Origin: an uncultured Micrococcales bacterium
GTDB taxonomy: Bacteria > Actinomycetota > Actinomycetes > Actinomycetales > Microbacteriaceae
Assembly: GCA_903853515.1 (NCBI GenBank)
Contig: CAINTU010000065.1
Span: 1-41,142 of the forward strand
Length of the DNA: 41,142 nucleotides
Reading direction: 5' to 3'
Part shown: positions 9,100 through 19,077 of the stretch, piece by piece
Numbering within the stretch: position 1 is the stretch's first letter
Layout of the letters: each line of letters begins with the position of its first letter
Position numbers and translations under genes: made by a program
The notes under the pieces: model-generated
Seen by the model: the letters and a program-made list of their open reading frames with translations, nothing else
The model's database searches: none
Told to the model about the DNA's origin: nothing

Positions 9100-9960
9100 A
9101 TGAGCGCACCCCTGCTGACCAAAACTTTCAATGACTCGCATGGCGTCGAGATTACCTATTACGTGTGGCCAATAGCTAACCCGCGTGCTGTTGTGCAAAT
9201 AGCCCACGGATTAGGTGATCACGCAAGACGTTATGACGAACTTGCAGAGGCCCTAAATCACGCAGGTTTCAGCGTCTATGCCGACGACCATCGAGGTCAC
9301 GGTGTGACCGGCAAAAACCAGGTTGCCTCGGGGGCAACTAAGACCATGGGCAACCTTGGCAAGGGCGGCATCAAGGCTGCGTTCGAGCAAGTGCATGAGT
9401 TCACTAATTTGATCAAGTCAGATAATCCTGGGCTTAAAGTCATTTTGCTTGGTCACAGTTATGGGTCATTTATTGCCCAAAAATTGGCGAACCAATACAG
9501 CGACGAATATGCGGCGTTGGTTTTGAGCGGTTCGTCGTTGCTTCTGCCACACACTCTTGGTGCGGGCGGCTTCAATAAGCGCTGGCAGTCGCCATCGGCC
9601 ACCGGTTATGAGTGGCTATCTCGCGATGCAAAAGTTGGCGCCGAGTTCGCCGCCGACGAGCTCACGTTTTTTGCTGCTGCAGCAAAAGTGCTTGGCGTAG
9701 CCAATGGGTTGCGATTGTTCTTTACTCCGTCGAGCAAGATGCGCAAAGATTTGCCGATTTATATTTTGGCCGGATCAGTTGACCCAATCGGCGGTCAGCG
9801 CGGCAACGAGGCTTTGGCAAATACCTATCGGCACAAAGTTGGCATCCATGATTTGACAATGGTGATTTATCACGAGGGTCGTCACGAAATGTTTAACGAA
9901 ACCAACAAGCAAGAGGTAATAGCAGACCTGCTTGCTTGGTTGCGCGAACGCTTCGGTTAA
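9100..9960 (+). CDS. Alpha/beta hydrolase (lysophospholipase/monoglyceride lipase family)
   Basis: QIAHGLGDH, DHRGHG, GHSYG nucleophile elbow and RHEMFNE. Confidence 0.88.
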   Translation: MSAPLLTKTFNDSHGVEITYYVWPIANPRAVVQIAHGLGDHARRYDELAEALNHAGFSVYADDHRGHGVTGKNQVASGATKTMGNLGKGGIKAAFEQVHEFTNLIKSDNPGLKVILLGHSYGSFIAQKLANQYSDEYAALVLSGSSLLLPHTLGAGGFNKRWQSPSATGYEWLSRDAKVGAEFAADELTFFAAAAKVLGVANGLRLFFTPSSKMRKDLPIYILAGSVDPIGGQRGNEALANTYRHKVGIHDLTMVIYHEGRHEMFNETNKQEVIADLLAWLRERFG

Positions 9961-9970
9961 CCGCTAGCGA

Positions 9971-10255
9971 TTAGTTAGCCACCAGGTCTTGGTCTTCAGG
10001 GTGGCGACGCAAATAAACAGGAATGTATGGGCAACTCGGCACGATTTGGTGTTGACCTTTTGAGCGAATGTCGTTCAAGGCTTCTTTCACCAGAAGAGCA
10101 CCTAAGTTCTGCCCCTTGTATTCGTCACGAACACCTGTGTGCACAAGATCGAGCACACCATCGCCAGGCACATAGGTGAGCTCACCGATTTTTTTGTCGC
10201 CATCGAATAATTCGTATTCGAGAAGCGCTTCGTTGTGCACAACTTTAAAGTTCAT
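9971..10255 (-). CDS. Small GNAT N-acetyltransferase (YjdJ/Acetyltransf_CG-like)
   Basis: HTGV..EYKGQNLG and IVPSCPY motifs, 94 aa. Confidence 0.85.
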   Translation of the reverse strand: MNFKVVHNEALLEYELFDGDKKIGELTYVPGDGVLDLVHTGVRDEYKGQNLGALLVKEALNDIRSKGQHQIVPSCPYIPVYLRRHPEDQDLVAN

Positions 10256-10272
10256 GATGTTAATCTCTTTCT

Positions 10273-11127
10273 ATGCCCGCAAAACAGAAAATCAATCAGG
10301 TTTTTAATGCAGATAACCTGCCTGTTTTGCAGTCTATTGCCGATGAGAGCGTGCAACTAATTTATGTTGACCCGCCTTTCAACACTGGGCGCACGCAGAC
10401 TCGTGGCACCACAATCACCCGTCGCAATGAGTCGAGCAATCGTGTTGGCTTCAAAGGTGTGCGCTATGACATCATTCGTGAGACGGTGCTTAGCTATGAC
10501 GACGAGTTCGCTGACTATTGGCAGTTTCTAGAGCCAAGACTTGAGGCCGCCTGGCGAATCCTTGCTCAATCTGGCACTTTGTATTTGCACCTCGACTATC
10601 GTGAGGCGCACTATGCCAAGGTTTTGCTCGATGCGCTGTTTGGGCGAGAGTGCTTTTTGAACGAAATCATTTGGGCCTATGACTATGGCGCTAAGTCAAA
10701 GTCGCGGTGGCCAGCTAAGCACGACACGATTTTGGTTTATGTCAAAGATCCAGCCAAATATTATTTTGACTCGAGCGCTGTCGACCGTGAACCCTATATG
10801 GCCCCAGGATTAGTGACTCGAGAAAAAGCTGAGCTCGGCAAACTGCCTACCGACGTTTGGTGGCACACCATCGTTTCACCAACTGGCAAAGAAAAGACGG
10901 GCTACCCGACTCAAAAGCCGCTCGGCATCTTGCGTCGAATCATTCAGGCTTCGTCGCGGCCCGGCGACACTGTGCTTGATTTCTTTGCCGGTTCTGGCAC
11001 CACGGGGGCCGCAGCGTTCGAGTTAGAGCGCAATTTCATTTTGGTCGATAAGAACCCTGAAGCACTTGCTGTCATGCGCGAACGCTTTGCGGCGCTTAAT
11101 GCTGACGTTGAGTTTTTGAATCTCTAG
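10273..11127 (+). CDS. Site-specific DNA methyltransferase (N6A/N4C, beta class), orphan
   Basis: YVDPPF motif IV precedes YPTQKP and LDFFAGSGTT motif I; no neighbouring endonuclease. Confidence 0.9.
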   Translation: MPAKQKINQVFNADNLPVLQSIADESVQLIYVDPPFNTGRTQTRGTTITRRNESSNRVGFKGVRYDIIRETVLSYDDEFADYWQFLEPRLEAAWRILAQSGTLYLHLDYREAHYAKVLLDALFGRECFLNEIIWAYDYGAKSKSRWPAKHDTILVYVKDPAKYYFDSSAVDREPYMAPGLVTREKAELGKLPTDVWWHTIVSPTGKEKTGYPTQKPLGILRRIIQASSRPGDTVLDFFAGSGTTGAAAFELERNFILVDKNPEALAVMRERFAALNADVEFLNL

Positions 11128-12718
11128 ATACGAGCAACACGACGCTCACTGTTAGGGCTACGAGCATCGCGGCTATCGCCAACGCCATCTGATAGTTCTG
11201 CCCACCCGGTCGAGAAATAAGTTGATAGAGCAAAACCGTTAGCGTTGATTGATCGCCGAAGCTCAAGAGGCTGGCCGCGCCGAATTCACCTATCGACACG
11301 AGTGCCGCAAATGCGATTGCCGTTCTAACTGCTGCTGCAATTATTCGCAGATCAAGCTGAGCAAATATTTGCCAAGGCGTTGCACCTTCTGTTTGGGCTT
11401 GTGCGTGCACCGTGTCTTCGATGGTGATTAGCGCGGGGTAAACAATGCGCACAACCAGCGGCGTTGCCAAAAGCGATTGCACCAGCGGCACCACCAACCA
11501 GCTAGAGCGAATCGGCAACCAGCCATCACCAAAGGTGATGAGATAGCCGAGCGCCAACACAACCGACGAGACACCGATTGGCAACATAAAGATGCTGTCA
11601 ATCATGGCGCCAAGCGGGTCACGCCGAGTGTTCTTCGCCACCCTTGCCCTTGTGCGGCTTGCCAATATGAAGGCAATTAGTAGACCCATTGGGGCGGCTA
11701 TTGCAGTGGCAATTGCAAGATTGCGCAGACTATTGAGCGTTGCCTCAAGCACCGACAGGTCGAGCAGGTTTCGCGTGCCCAGCGAATTTAAAAGTGCGAA
11801 GTTCTCTAGCGAAACCTGGCCACCAACCATGAATGCTCTGGCTAAGAGCAAAACCATTGGCAGCGTAATCAATAGCCCGACCACTAACACCATTAGCAAA
11901 ACGGCAGGCGAGTCTCTTCGATCGATTCTCGGGCTTGACCCCAGTTCGGTTCCGGCCAGATTCAGGCTCGCGTCGTTTTGCGAGCGTGATGCCAAGAAGG
12001 TAAGCGCGCACAGCACAATCTGCACAAGCGATAGTGCTGCCGCGCGAGGCATGTCTAAATGTTGCAGTGCTGCGTTGCCAATCTCGGTCTCAATGGTGTT
12101 CACATTGCCGCCCGCTAAGGCAAGCACGATGCCATAGCTTGAAAAGCAATAGAGCATCGTGATGGCGCCTGACGATAATAACGAGGCACGAAGTTGGGGC
12201 AGGCTGATTGACCAAATTATGCGCAATCGCCCAGCACCGCTAATCGAGCCAGCTTCTTCACTCGAATGATCGATGGTTTGCCATTGCGAACCTACCGAGC
12301 GCACCACCAACGAATAGTTGCTGAACACGTTTGCTGCGATGATTGCTGCCATCGGGTTGATGCCGCCTACGGTGTTGCCGAGCAAGGCAAACATCATGGC
12401 CGTCACAATGCTCGGCAACATGAACGGCACCGTTATTAGCGAGCGAATCAGGGCTGCACCTTTGAAACTTCTTCGATAAAGCACATATGCCCCGGGCACA
12501 CCGAGCACTAAGCAAAGAACTGTAGAGACAATGGCCTGAAAAATCGTGAACGAAATAATCGGCCAAAAGCCAGGCGCTAAAGCACGCACGAGACCGGCAA
12601 TGCCTTCTTCGGCACCAACTAGCAGCACGCGAAGCATTGGCAGATAAAAAAGCACGCCGACAAAAATCAGAGGCATTGAAATCAGCGCAATTGGATTTCT
12701 AGAAAAACGCGCTCTCAT
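11096..12718 (-). CDS. thiP: Thiamine ABC transporter permease
   Basis: Duplicated ABC permease with about 12 TM segments and two EAA-like loops; follows thiB under a TPP riboswitch; start may instead be 12769. Confidence 0.85.
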   Translation of the reverse strand: MRARFSRNPIALISMPLIFVGVLFYLPMLRVLLVGAEEGIAGLVRALAPGFWPIISFTIFQAIVSTVLCLVLGVPGAYVLYRRSFKGAALIRSLITVPFMLPSIVTAMMFALLGNTVGGINPMAAIIAANVFSNYSLVVRSVGSQWQTIDHSSEEAGSISGAGRLRIIWSISLPQLRASLLSSGAITMLYCFSSYGIVLALAGGNVNTIETEIGNAALQHLDMPRAAALSLVQIVLCALTFLASRSQNDASLNLAGTELGSSPRIDRRDSPAVLLMVLVVGLLITLPMVLLLARAFMVGGQVSLENFALLNSLGTRNLLDLSVLEATLNSLRNLAIATAIAAPMGLLIAFILASRTRARVAKNTRRDPLGAMIDSIFMLPIGVSSVVLALGYLITFGDGWLPIRSSWLVVPLVQSLLATPLVVRIVYPALITIEDTVHAQAQTEGATPWQIFAQLDLRIIAAAVRTAIAFAALVSIGEFGAASLLSFGDQSTLTVLLYQLISRPGGQNYQMALAIAAMLVALTVSVVLLVSRDSKTQRQH

Positions 12719-12755
12719 CGGCCGGCCGGATTGCTTGCTTGCATGGGTGGATTTT

Positions 12756-13745
12756 CTAGTTGCCGTCAAAAGTGAAGTTGTAATAGGTGAGCCACTTCTG
12801 ACGAAGTTTGCTCACATTAAGCTCGCCACCGAGCAACGTTGTGGCCTTGGGTGCAAATCTTTGCCAAGCCGCAGGTAGTGCGACTGTGCTATCAATTGGG
12901 TAGACATACATTGCACTTGGCAGTTCGGTTTGAAATTTGTGGGTCAAGAAGAATTTCTCTAGGGCAAGGGCACCCGGCTTGTTTGAGGCGCCATTCAAGA
13001 CACCAAAGTATTCGGTTTGGCGATAGCAACCATCTAGCAAGGCCCTTGTGCGAGTTGTTCCATCAGTGGCAATTTCATCGGCCGGCGATGACGAATAACT
13101 TAAGACAATCGGGTAGTTGCCTTGGCCAGACGAGCCAGAAAAATCTGTGTAATAGGCTTCTTCCCATCCGGCATCAACTTTGACGTCGTTATTGCGCAGC
13201 GATAGCCACCAAGCTGAAGCGCCAGGAATCACCTGACCCGGCTTATCTTTGAAGCCACCATAGGTTGCTGCTAAAAAAGCCAAACCGGTTGACGATGTGT
13301 TGGGGTTTTCGATCACGGTCAATCCGCGATAAGCAGGCTTCACAACATCGCGCCAACTGGTCGGTGCAGCAATGCCGTGGCTTGCAAACCATTTGACGTC
13401 GTAGTTCAAGCAAACATCTGCGAAATCAATCGGCACAAAGGCACCGTCAACAATTTGGTTGTCGGTGGCCACACTCGCAAAGGTGTTATCGATGCCATAG
13501 ACAGCATCGCCGATCGGGTCAGTCTTGGTGAGCACCAGTTTGTTGGTTAGGGCACCGACGTCGCCAGCACGAATGATGTGCAACTTGTATCCACTCGATT
13601 TTTCAAAATCGGCGATCAGGGTCTTGCTCATCACGAACGAGTCGTGAGCAACAAGTGTGACGTTTTTCGCGCTGCCGCTCGCACAGGCGCTCAGCGATGC
13701 CGCAGTTAGCGCCAACAGCAAGATCGACAAAAGGGTTCGCTTCAT
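12756..13745 (-). CDS. thiB: Thiamine ABC transporter substrate-binding lipoprotein
   Basis: Lipobox LSAC; HDSF, GIDNTF, NPNTSSTGLAF and VLSYSSSP motifs. Confidence 0.9.
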   Translation of the reverse strand: MKRTLLSILLLALTAASLSACASGSAKNVTLVAHDSFVMSKTLIADFEKSSGYKLHIIRAGDVGALTNKLVLTKTDPIGDAVYGIDNTFASVATDNQIVDGAFVPIDFADVCLNYDVKWFASHGIAAPTSWRDVVKPAYRGLTVIENPNTSSTGLAFLAATYGGFKDKPGQVIPGASAWWLSLRNNDVKVDAGWEEAYYTDFSGSSGQGNYPIVLSYSSSPADEIATDGTTRTRALLDGCYRQTEYFGVLNGASNKPGALALEKFFLTHKFQTELPSAMYVYPIDSTVALPAAWQRFAPKATTLLGGELNVSKLRQKWLTYYNFTFDGN

Positions 13746-13749
13746 TTCT

Positions 13750-13838
13750 GCCTTCCTACGCTGGCATGACCCAGTTCAGGTTTGACGGTTAAGAACTGCA
13801 GTTCTACTCTCAGCTCAGTGCTCTGAACTCCCGTGTGG
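13750..13838 (-). ncRNA. TPP (thi-box) riboswitch
   Basis: Minus strand GGGAG...GCTGAGA...ACCGTCAAACCTGAACTGGGTCATGCCAGCGTAGGAAG directly before the thiB ATG. Confidence 0.92.
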
Positions 13839-13840
13839 TT

Positions 13841-13890
13841 AAAGACTATGGCCTCGAACCGCCAATTAGCGACTCGAGGCCATCATCTTT
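13841..13890 (-). terminator. Inverted repeat, likely terminator of the MFS gene
   Basis: aaagactatggcctcga ... tcgaggccatcatcttt, about 30 nt after the MFS stop. Confidence 0.6.
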
Positions 13891-13919
13891 GGCGCTATTG
13901 CTGCGCCACTAAATTGCGT

Positions 13920-15578
13920 TTAGTGCATTGAGGCAGCGGCCTGTTCGGCGCGCTCTTGAACACCCGACTTGTTGCGAAGGGCAACCTCTTTGATAAAGAA
14001 CGAAAGCACGAAGGCAACAATCACAACCGCGAAAGCAGAGATAAACACACCAGATGCTGACTCTGCGAAAGCCTGCTTAATCGGGTTCGCTAGCTCTGGG
14101 CTCGCGGTTTTCAAGAACGACGAGTCGGTTGTGATGGCAGCTCCGATTGCGGCAGGATCTTTGAAAACCGAATTGCGCGGATCATTCAACAGAGCAGGGT
14201 TCGCTTTGATTGCGGCCACGATTGCTCGACCCATCTGCGGACCCTTGTCGGCCAAGTTGTTAAACAAGATCGACAAGAACACTGCGACACCTAGGGTTCC
14301 ACCCATTTGTCTAAAGAATGTGGCCGATGATGTTGCAACACCGATGTCACGAGCTTCAACAGAGTTCTGCGAAGCGATCGTTAGTGTCTGCATCAAACCA
14401 CCGAGACCTAGACCCATGATGACCATGCCGATCGACATTTGCCAGATCTGCCATTCATAAGTCAGGGTCGATAGATAGACATAAGAGATGGTCATCAACG
14501 CAGTGCCACCAACCATGAACACCTTGTATCGACCGGTCCTCGAAGTGATCTGTCCAGAAACGATAGACGACACCATCAAACCAAGCACCATCGGAATCAT
14601 CAGGTAACCAGAGTCTGTTGGGCTCGCGCCATAAACAATCTGCAGCACCAACGGAATAGACATCATTCCACCGAACATGCCAATACCAACCAAGACACCA
14701 AGGATTGTGGTCATCGTGAAAGTCTTTGACTTAAACAAAGACATCGGCAAAAGTGCATCGTGCTTCATGATGTTTTCAACGATGATGAACGCCGTGATGC
14801 CGACTGCGCCAAGCACATAGCAAAGCACCGAGTTCTGCGAAGTCCAACCCCACTCGCGACCCTGTTCGGCAACGAGCAAGACCGGCACGACACCGACGAT
14901 GATTGTGAGCACACCCCACCAGTCGATGCGACCGGTCTTGTGTGCGGTGTGTGGAATGTGCAAGAACGAAACCACAAGTGCAAGTGCAGCCGCGCCAATA
15001 GGAATGTTGATCAAGAACACCCAACGCCAGCCGGTGATGCCCGCGAAGGTATCCATGCCTGCAAAAAGACCACCGATTAGTGGGCCAAGCACGCTCGAGG
15101 TGCCGAACACGGCCAAGAACATTCCCTGGTATTTTGCGCGATCTTTAGGCGGCACGATGTCGGCCAAGATGGTCAACGCAAGTGCAAACAAACCACCCGC
15201 ACCAACACCCTGAATCGCTCTAAACGCGGCGAGTTCATACATGCTCTGCGCGAAACCACAGGTGATCGAACCGAAGATGAAAATCGAGATGGCTGTTATG
15301 AACAGCTGGCGACGACCGAAGATGTCACCGAGCTTGCCATAGATAGGTGTGGCGATTGTTGAAGTGATCAGATAGGCGGTGGTTACCCAAGCCTGTGCTG
15401 AGAGTCCGTGTAGGTCGTCGGCGATGGTGCGCATCGCTGTTCCCACAACGCTCTGGTCGAGTGCCGACAAGAACATGCCCGACATCAAACCGAACAATAC
15501 GAACATGATTTGGCGATGTGTCATCACACCTGTTTTTGCTGATTCTGCTGCTGCTGCCTTGCGGTCTGCACGCGCCAC
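13920..15578 (-). CDS. MFS drug:H+ antiporter, DHA2 (EmrB/QacA) family, 14 TM
   Basis: LSALDQSVV, GKLGDIFGRR motif A, RAIQGVG and WRWVFLIN; start uncertain (GTG 15578, ATG 15524 or TTG 15623). Confidence 0.9.
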   Translation of the reverse strand: MARADRKAAAAESAKTGVMTHRQIMFVLFGLMSGMFLSALDQSVVGTAMRTIADDLHGLSAQAWVTTAYLITSTIATPIYGKLGDIFGRRQLFITAISIFIFGSITCGFAQSMYELAAFRAIQGVGAGGLFALALTILADIVPPKDRAKYQGMFLAVFGTSSVLGPLIGGLFAGMDTFAGITGWRWVFLINIPIGAAALALVVSFLHIPHTAHKTGRIDWWGVLTIIVGVVPVLLVAEQGREWGWTSQNSVLCYVLGAVGITAFIIVENIMKHDALLPMSLFKSKTFTMTTILGVLVGIGMFGGMMSIPLVLQIVYGASPTDSGYLMIPMVLGLMVSSIVSGQITSRTGRYKVFMVGGTALMTISYVYLSTLTYEWQIWQMSIGMVIMGLGLGGLMQTLTIASQNSVEARDIGVATSSATFFRQMGGTLGVAVFLSILFNNLADKGPQMGRAIVAAIKANPALLNDPRNSVFKDPAAIGAAITTDSSFLKTASPELANPIKQAFAESASGVFISAFAVVIVAFVLSFFIKEVALRNKSGVQERAEQAAASMH

Positions 15579-15616
15579 TTGGGCCTCTATTCTTTGCTCA
15601 AAGTTAGACTGACTGA

Positions 15617-16414
15617 ATGCCAAGTCTTGTGTTTCTGCGCCTATCGCGCTCTAGAGCCTTAAGACTCTTCTTGGTTTCTATTTTATTACCCTCGGTAAGC
15701 ATTTTTGGGGTTTCGCTAAGTTCTGCACAGGCTACGACAAATACCAAGAGCGAAGTTGCCGTCATAAAGCCACATCAACTAAAGCCCCAATCAATCTTCA
15801 GCGCTATGAACCTATCGACAAATAAGGCCGATTCAACGTGGGTCGTAGTAAACAAGCGACGACCATTAGTGCCGATTAACTATGTGCCAAAAGATTTGGT
15901 TTTGCCGAAACTAGTGGCAGGCAACACCAATCCGCACGGCATGCGCCTGCGCCAAGATGCAGCCGAAGCGCTCACCAAAATGGCGGTCACCATGAAGAGC
16001 GCAAAAGCCGGCCTTTTAGTGCTGCAAAGCGGATATCGAAGCTACGCAACTCAGGTGTACGTTCACGACCATATGGTTTCAAAATTCGGGCTGTCTAAAG
16101 GCGAGTCTTATGCCGCACGGCCTGGCTATAGCGAACACCAGACAGGTCTTGCGGGTGACTTAGCAGCCGTCGGCCAAGGATGCATCGCACTGACTTGTTT
16201 TGCCAACACCAAAGCCGCAATCTGGCTAGCCGCAAACAGTTGGCAGTTCGGCTTCATTCTGCGTTACCCACGATTCAGTCACCCAGTAACCGGATACGAC
16301 TACGAGCCATGGCATTTCAGATTTGTTGGGGTGCACCTGGCAACCAAAATGCACTTTAGCGGCGTGAACACCCTCGAGCAAGAATTCGGCTTGCCACACG
16401 CACCGAGCTATTGA
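15617..16414 (+). CDS. M15B D-alanyl-D-alanine carboxypeptidase (VanY/LdcB-like), exported
   Basis: N-terminal hydrophobic segment; SGYRS, SEHQTGLAGD and YEPWH motifs; TAGACT 6 nt before ATG. Confidence 0.88.
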   Translation: MPSLVFLRLSRSRALRLFLVSILLPSVSIFGVSLSSAQATTNTKSEVAVIKPHQLKPQSIFSAMNLSTNKADSTWVVVNKRRPLVPINYVPKDLVLPKLVAGNTNPHGMRLRQDAAEALTKMAVTMKSAKAGLLVLQSGYRSYATQVYVHDHMVSKFGLSKGESYAARPGYSEHQTGLAGDLAAVGQGCIALTCFANTKAAIWLAANSWQFGFILRYPRFSHPVTGYDYEPWHFRFVGVHLATKMHFSGVNTLEQEFGLPHAPSY

Positions 16415-16427
16415 TCTGATCGGACTA

Positions 16428-18053
16428 TTAATCAGCCAAAACCGAATCGACCAGCGCCTTCGCCTCAACCTGAACTGCCTTTAGGTGATCAGCGCCCAAA
16501 AACGATTCGCCATAAATCTTGTAGACGTTTTCGGTGCCAGACGGCCGAGCTGCAAACCAAGCGTTCTTGGTGACAACCTTTAGGCCACCAAGTGCGGCGC
16601 CATTGCCAGGCGCATGGGTCAGCACCTCGTCGATCTTTTCGCCGGCCAACTCACGAGCAGTCACGGCGCTCGCGGCGATTTTGCCAAGTCGGGTTTTTTG
16701 CTCGACGCTAGCCGCCGCGTCTATGCGCTCATAAACGCTCGCGCCAAATTCTTCGGCGAGCTTGGCATAGCGCTGCGATGGGGTAAGCCCGGTCACCGCA
16801 GTGATTTCGCTCGCCAACAGCGCGAGAATCAGGCCATCCTTGTCGGTTGAAAAAGGCGTGCCATCGAATCTCAAGAAACTAGCACCAGCGCTCTCTTCAC
16901 CGCCAAAAGCGATGTCACCCGAAATCAGTCCAGGCACAAACCACTTGAAACCAACCGGCACCTCAACGAGCGATCGGCCGAGTGAGCCGACCACATGGTT
17001 GATCATCGACGACGAAACCATGGTCTTGCCAACGCCCGCCGAGCTAGGCCAATAATCGCGATTGCGATATAGATAATCGATGCTCACTGCCAAAAAGTGA
17101 TTCGGATTCATGAGCCCCGCATCGCGCGTCACAATGCCGTGACGATCTGCATCGGCATCATTGCCAGTCGAAATGTCAAAATTCGCTCTGCCTGCAATCA
17201 GCGAGGCCATGGCGTGTGGGCTTGAGCAATCCATGCGAATTTTTTCATCCCAGTCGAGAGTCATAAAACCAAATTGAAAATCAACAAGTGGATTCACGAC
17301 CGTTAAATCAAGCCCATATCGCTCACCGATTTCGCCCCAATAATTAACTGCAGCACCACCCATCGGGTCGGCGCCGATTCTTACACCTGCAGCTTTGATT
17401 GCATCTAGGTTCACCACATCGGGCAGTTGCGAAATGTAGTTCTCTTTGAAATCAAAACTGTGCGCATTCGGCTTTGCACGTTTAACCGCGCGCCAGCCCT
17501 CGGCCATAATTTGATTTGCGCGAGCGGCAATTTGGTTAGTTGCATCGCTATCTGCCGGGCCGCCGTGGGTTGCGTTGTATTTGAAACCACCATCGGCAGG
17601 CGGGTTGTGGCTCGGGGTAATCACGAGGCCATCGGCCAGGTCTGTTGCATCTAGCGCCTTGCCGGCGTTGTGATTCAGAATCGCAAGCGAAAGCGCTGGT
17701 GTGGGTGTGAAGCCACCGGCAGAATCAACAAGGGCAATAACGCCATTGCCGGCCAACACCTCTAGAGCAGTTAGTTCGGCAGGGCCAGAAAGAGCGTGGG
17801 TATCTTTGCCCACATAGATTGGTCCGCCGATATTGGCTGCCAATCGGTATTCGCAGATAGCTTGAGTGATAGCAGCAATGTGACCCTCGTTAAACGAACC
17901 GTCGAAAGCATTGCCGCGATGGCCACTAGTGCCAAAAACCACGCGCTGCTCGGCGAGCGTCACATCGGGGGTGATTTCTTGATATGCGGCGAGCAATGCG
18001 TTGATGTCGACCAAGTCATTTGCCTGTGCTCTCAGGCCAGCTCTATTGTTCAT
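16428..18053 (-). CDS. pgm: Phosphoglucomutase (alpha-D-glucose-1,6-bisphosphate dependent)
   Basis: FGTSGHRG, TPSHNP, DADADRH, GEESAG and RPSGTE motifs; start at MNNRAG. Confidence 0.95.
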   Translation of the reverse strand: MNNRAGLRAQANDLVDINALLAAYQEITPDVTLAEQRVVFGTSGHRGNAFDGSFNEGHIAAITQAICEYRLAANIGGPIYVGKDTHALSGPAELTALEVLAGNGVIALVDSAGGFTPTPALSLAILNHNAGKALDATDLADGLVITPSHNPPADGGFKYNATHGGPADSDATNQIAARANQIMAEGWRAVKRAKPNAHSFDFKENYISQLPDVVNLDAIKAAGVRIGADPMGGAAVNYWGEIGERYGLDLTVVNPLVDFQFGFMTLDWDEKIRMDCSSPHAMASLIAGRANFDISTGNDADADRHGIVTRDAGLMNPNHFLAVSIDYLYRNRDYWPSSAGVGKTMVSSSMINHVVGSLGRSLVEVPVGFKWFVPGLISGDIAFGGEESAGASFLRFDGTPFSTDKDGLILALLASEITAVTGLTPSQRYAKLAEEFGASVYERIDAAASVEQKTRLGKIAASAVTARELAGEKIDEVLTHAPGNGAALGGLKVVTKNAWFAARPSGTENVYKIYGESFLGADHLKAVQVEAKALVDSVLAD

Positions 18054-18082
18054 TAACCCAGTTTGGCAGTTAACCTTTATAG

Positions 18083-19039
18083 ATGGCAGATGCAAAGAAC
18101 AACAGCAAAAACACCTATGCCTTTCTTGGCCCGGTAGGCACCTTTACTGAGCTCGCTTTGGCTCAGGTTAAAGACGCTCGTGGTGCTGCACACCTGCCAG
18201 TTGCAACCGTGGGCGAAGCAATCGACGCCGTATTGACCGGCACCGCCAAGCGCGCAATAGTTCCGGTCGAAAACTCAATCGAAGGCGGCGTCTCGGCAAC
18301 CTTAGACGCGCTTGCCAACTCAACCGCCGAACTGCGCATCTATGGCGAATACCTGGTCGACGTGAACTTCAACCTAGTTGCGCGACCTGGCACAAAGCTG
18401 GCCGACATTCGCACCATAGCCACCCACCCAACCGCGTGGGCTCAGTGCCGAGCTTGGGTAGCTAACAATTTGCCGACCGCCGCCCACCTGCCATCAACCT
18501 CGACCGCTGCCGCAGCGGCAAGTTTGTTAGAGATTGATCACCTTGGCCAAGCCGATGCAGCCATCGCCGCCAAAAGCATCACAGATCACTACAAACTGAG
18601 CGTGCTCGCCAAAAACATCGGTGACAACAAGAACGCACAAACCAGGTTTATCGAAATTGGTTTGCCAGCCAAGCCAACTAAATCGAGTGGTCGAGACAAG
18701 ACCTCTGTGATTGTTGAATTGCCCACCGATCGCCCGGGTGCTCTGCTTGAGATGCTTGAACAGTTCGCGGCCCGAGGCGTCAACCTTTCACGCATCGAAT
18801 CGAGACCGGTTGGTGACCGCCTCGGTCGATACCGATTCAACATCGACGTGCAGGGTCACATCGATGACGACGCAGTTGCCGAAGCTCTGATGGGTCTGCA
18901 CCGGTTCAGCCCGAATATTGTTTTCTTGGGTTCATACCCTCGGGCTGATAGGCAAAAATCCGAGCATGAAGGCAACAATTCAAACAGCGAATTTCATAAC
19001 GCCGAAAAATGGTTGAAGGCGCTGCGTTCGGGCAAATAG
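18083..19039 (+). CDS. pheA: Prephenate dehydratase
   Basis: LGPVGTF, PVENSIEG, TRF and ACT domain with IESRP. Confidence 0.95.
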   Translation: MADAKNNSKNTYAFLGPVGTFTELALAQVKDARGAAHLPVATVGEAIDAVLTGTAKRAIVPVENSIEGGVSATLDALANSTAELRIYGEYLVDVNFNLVARPGTKLADIRTIATHPTAWAQCRAWVANNLPTAAHLPSTSTAAAAASLLEIDHLGQADAAIAAKSITDHYKLSVLAKNIGDNKNAQTRFIEIGLPAKPTKSSGRDKTSVIVELPTDRPGALLEMLEQFAARGVNLSRIESRPVGDRLGRYRFNIDVQGHIDDDAVAEALMGLHRFSPNIVFLGSYPRADRQKSEHEGNNSNSEFHNAEKWLKALRSGK

Positions 19040-19077
19040 CCCAGAGCAACTAGATTCGCGCGGGTATTCTTAGAAGC

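Noticed and set aside
15579-15623. Apparent overlap of the divergent MFS and carboxypeptidase starts
   Set aside because: The carboxypeptidase start has a -10 at leaderless spacing; the MFS more likely starts at 15578 or 15524
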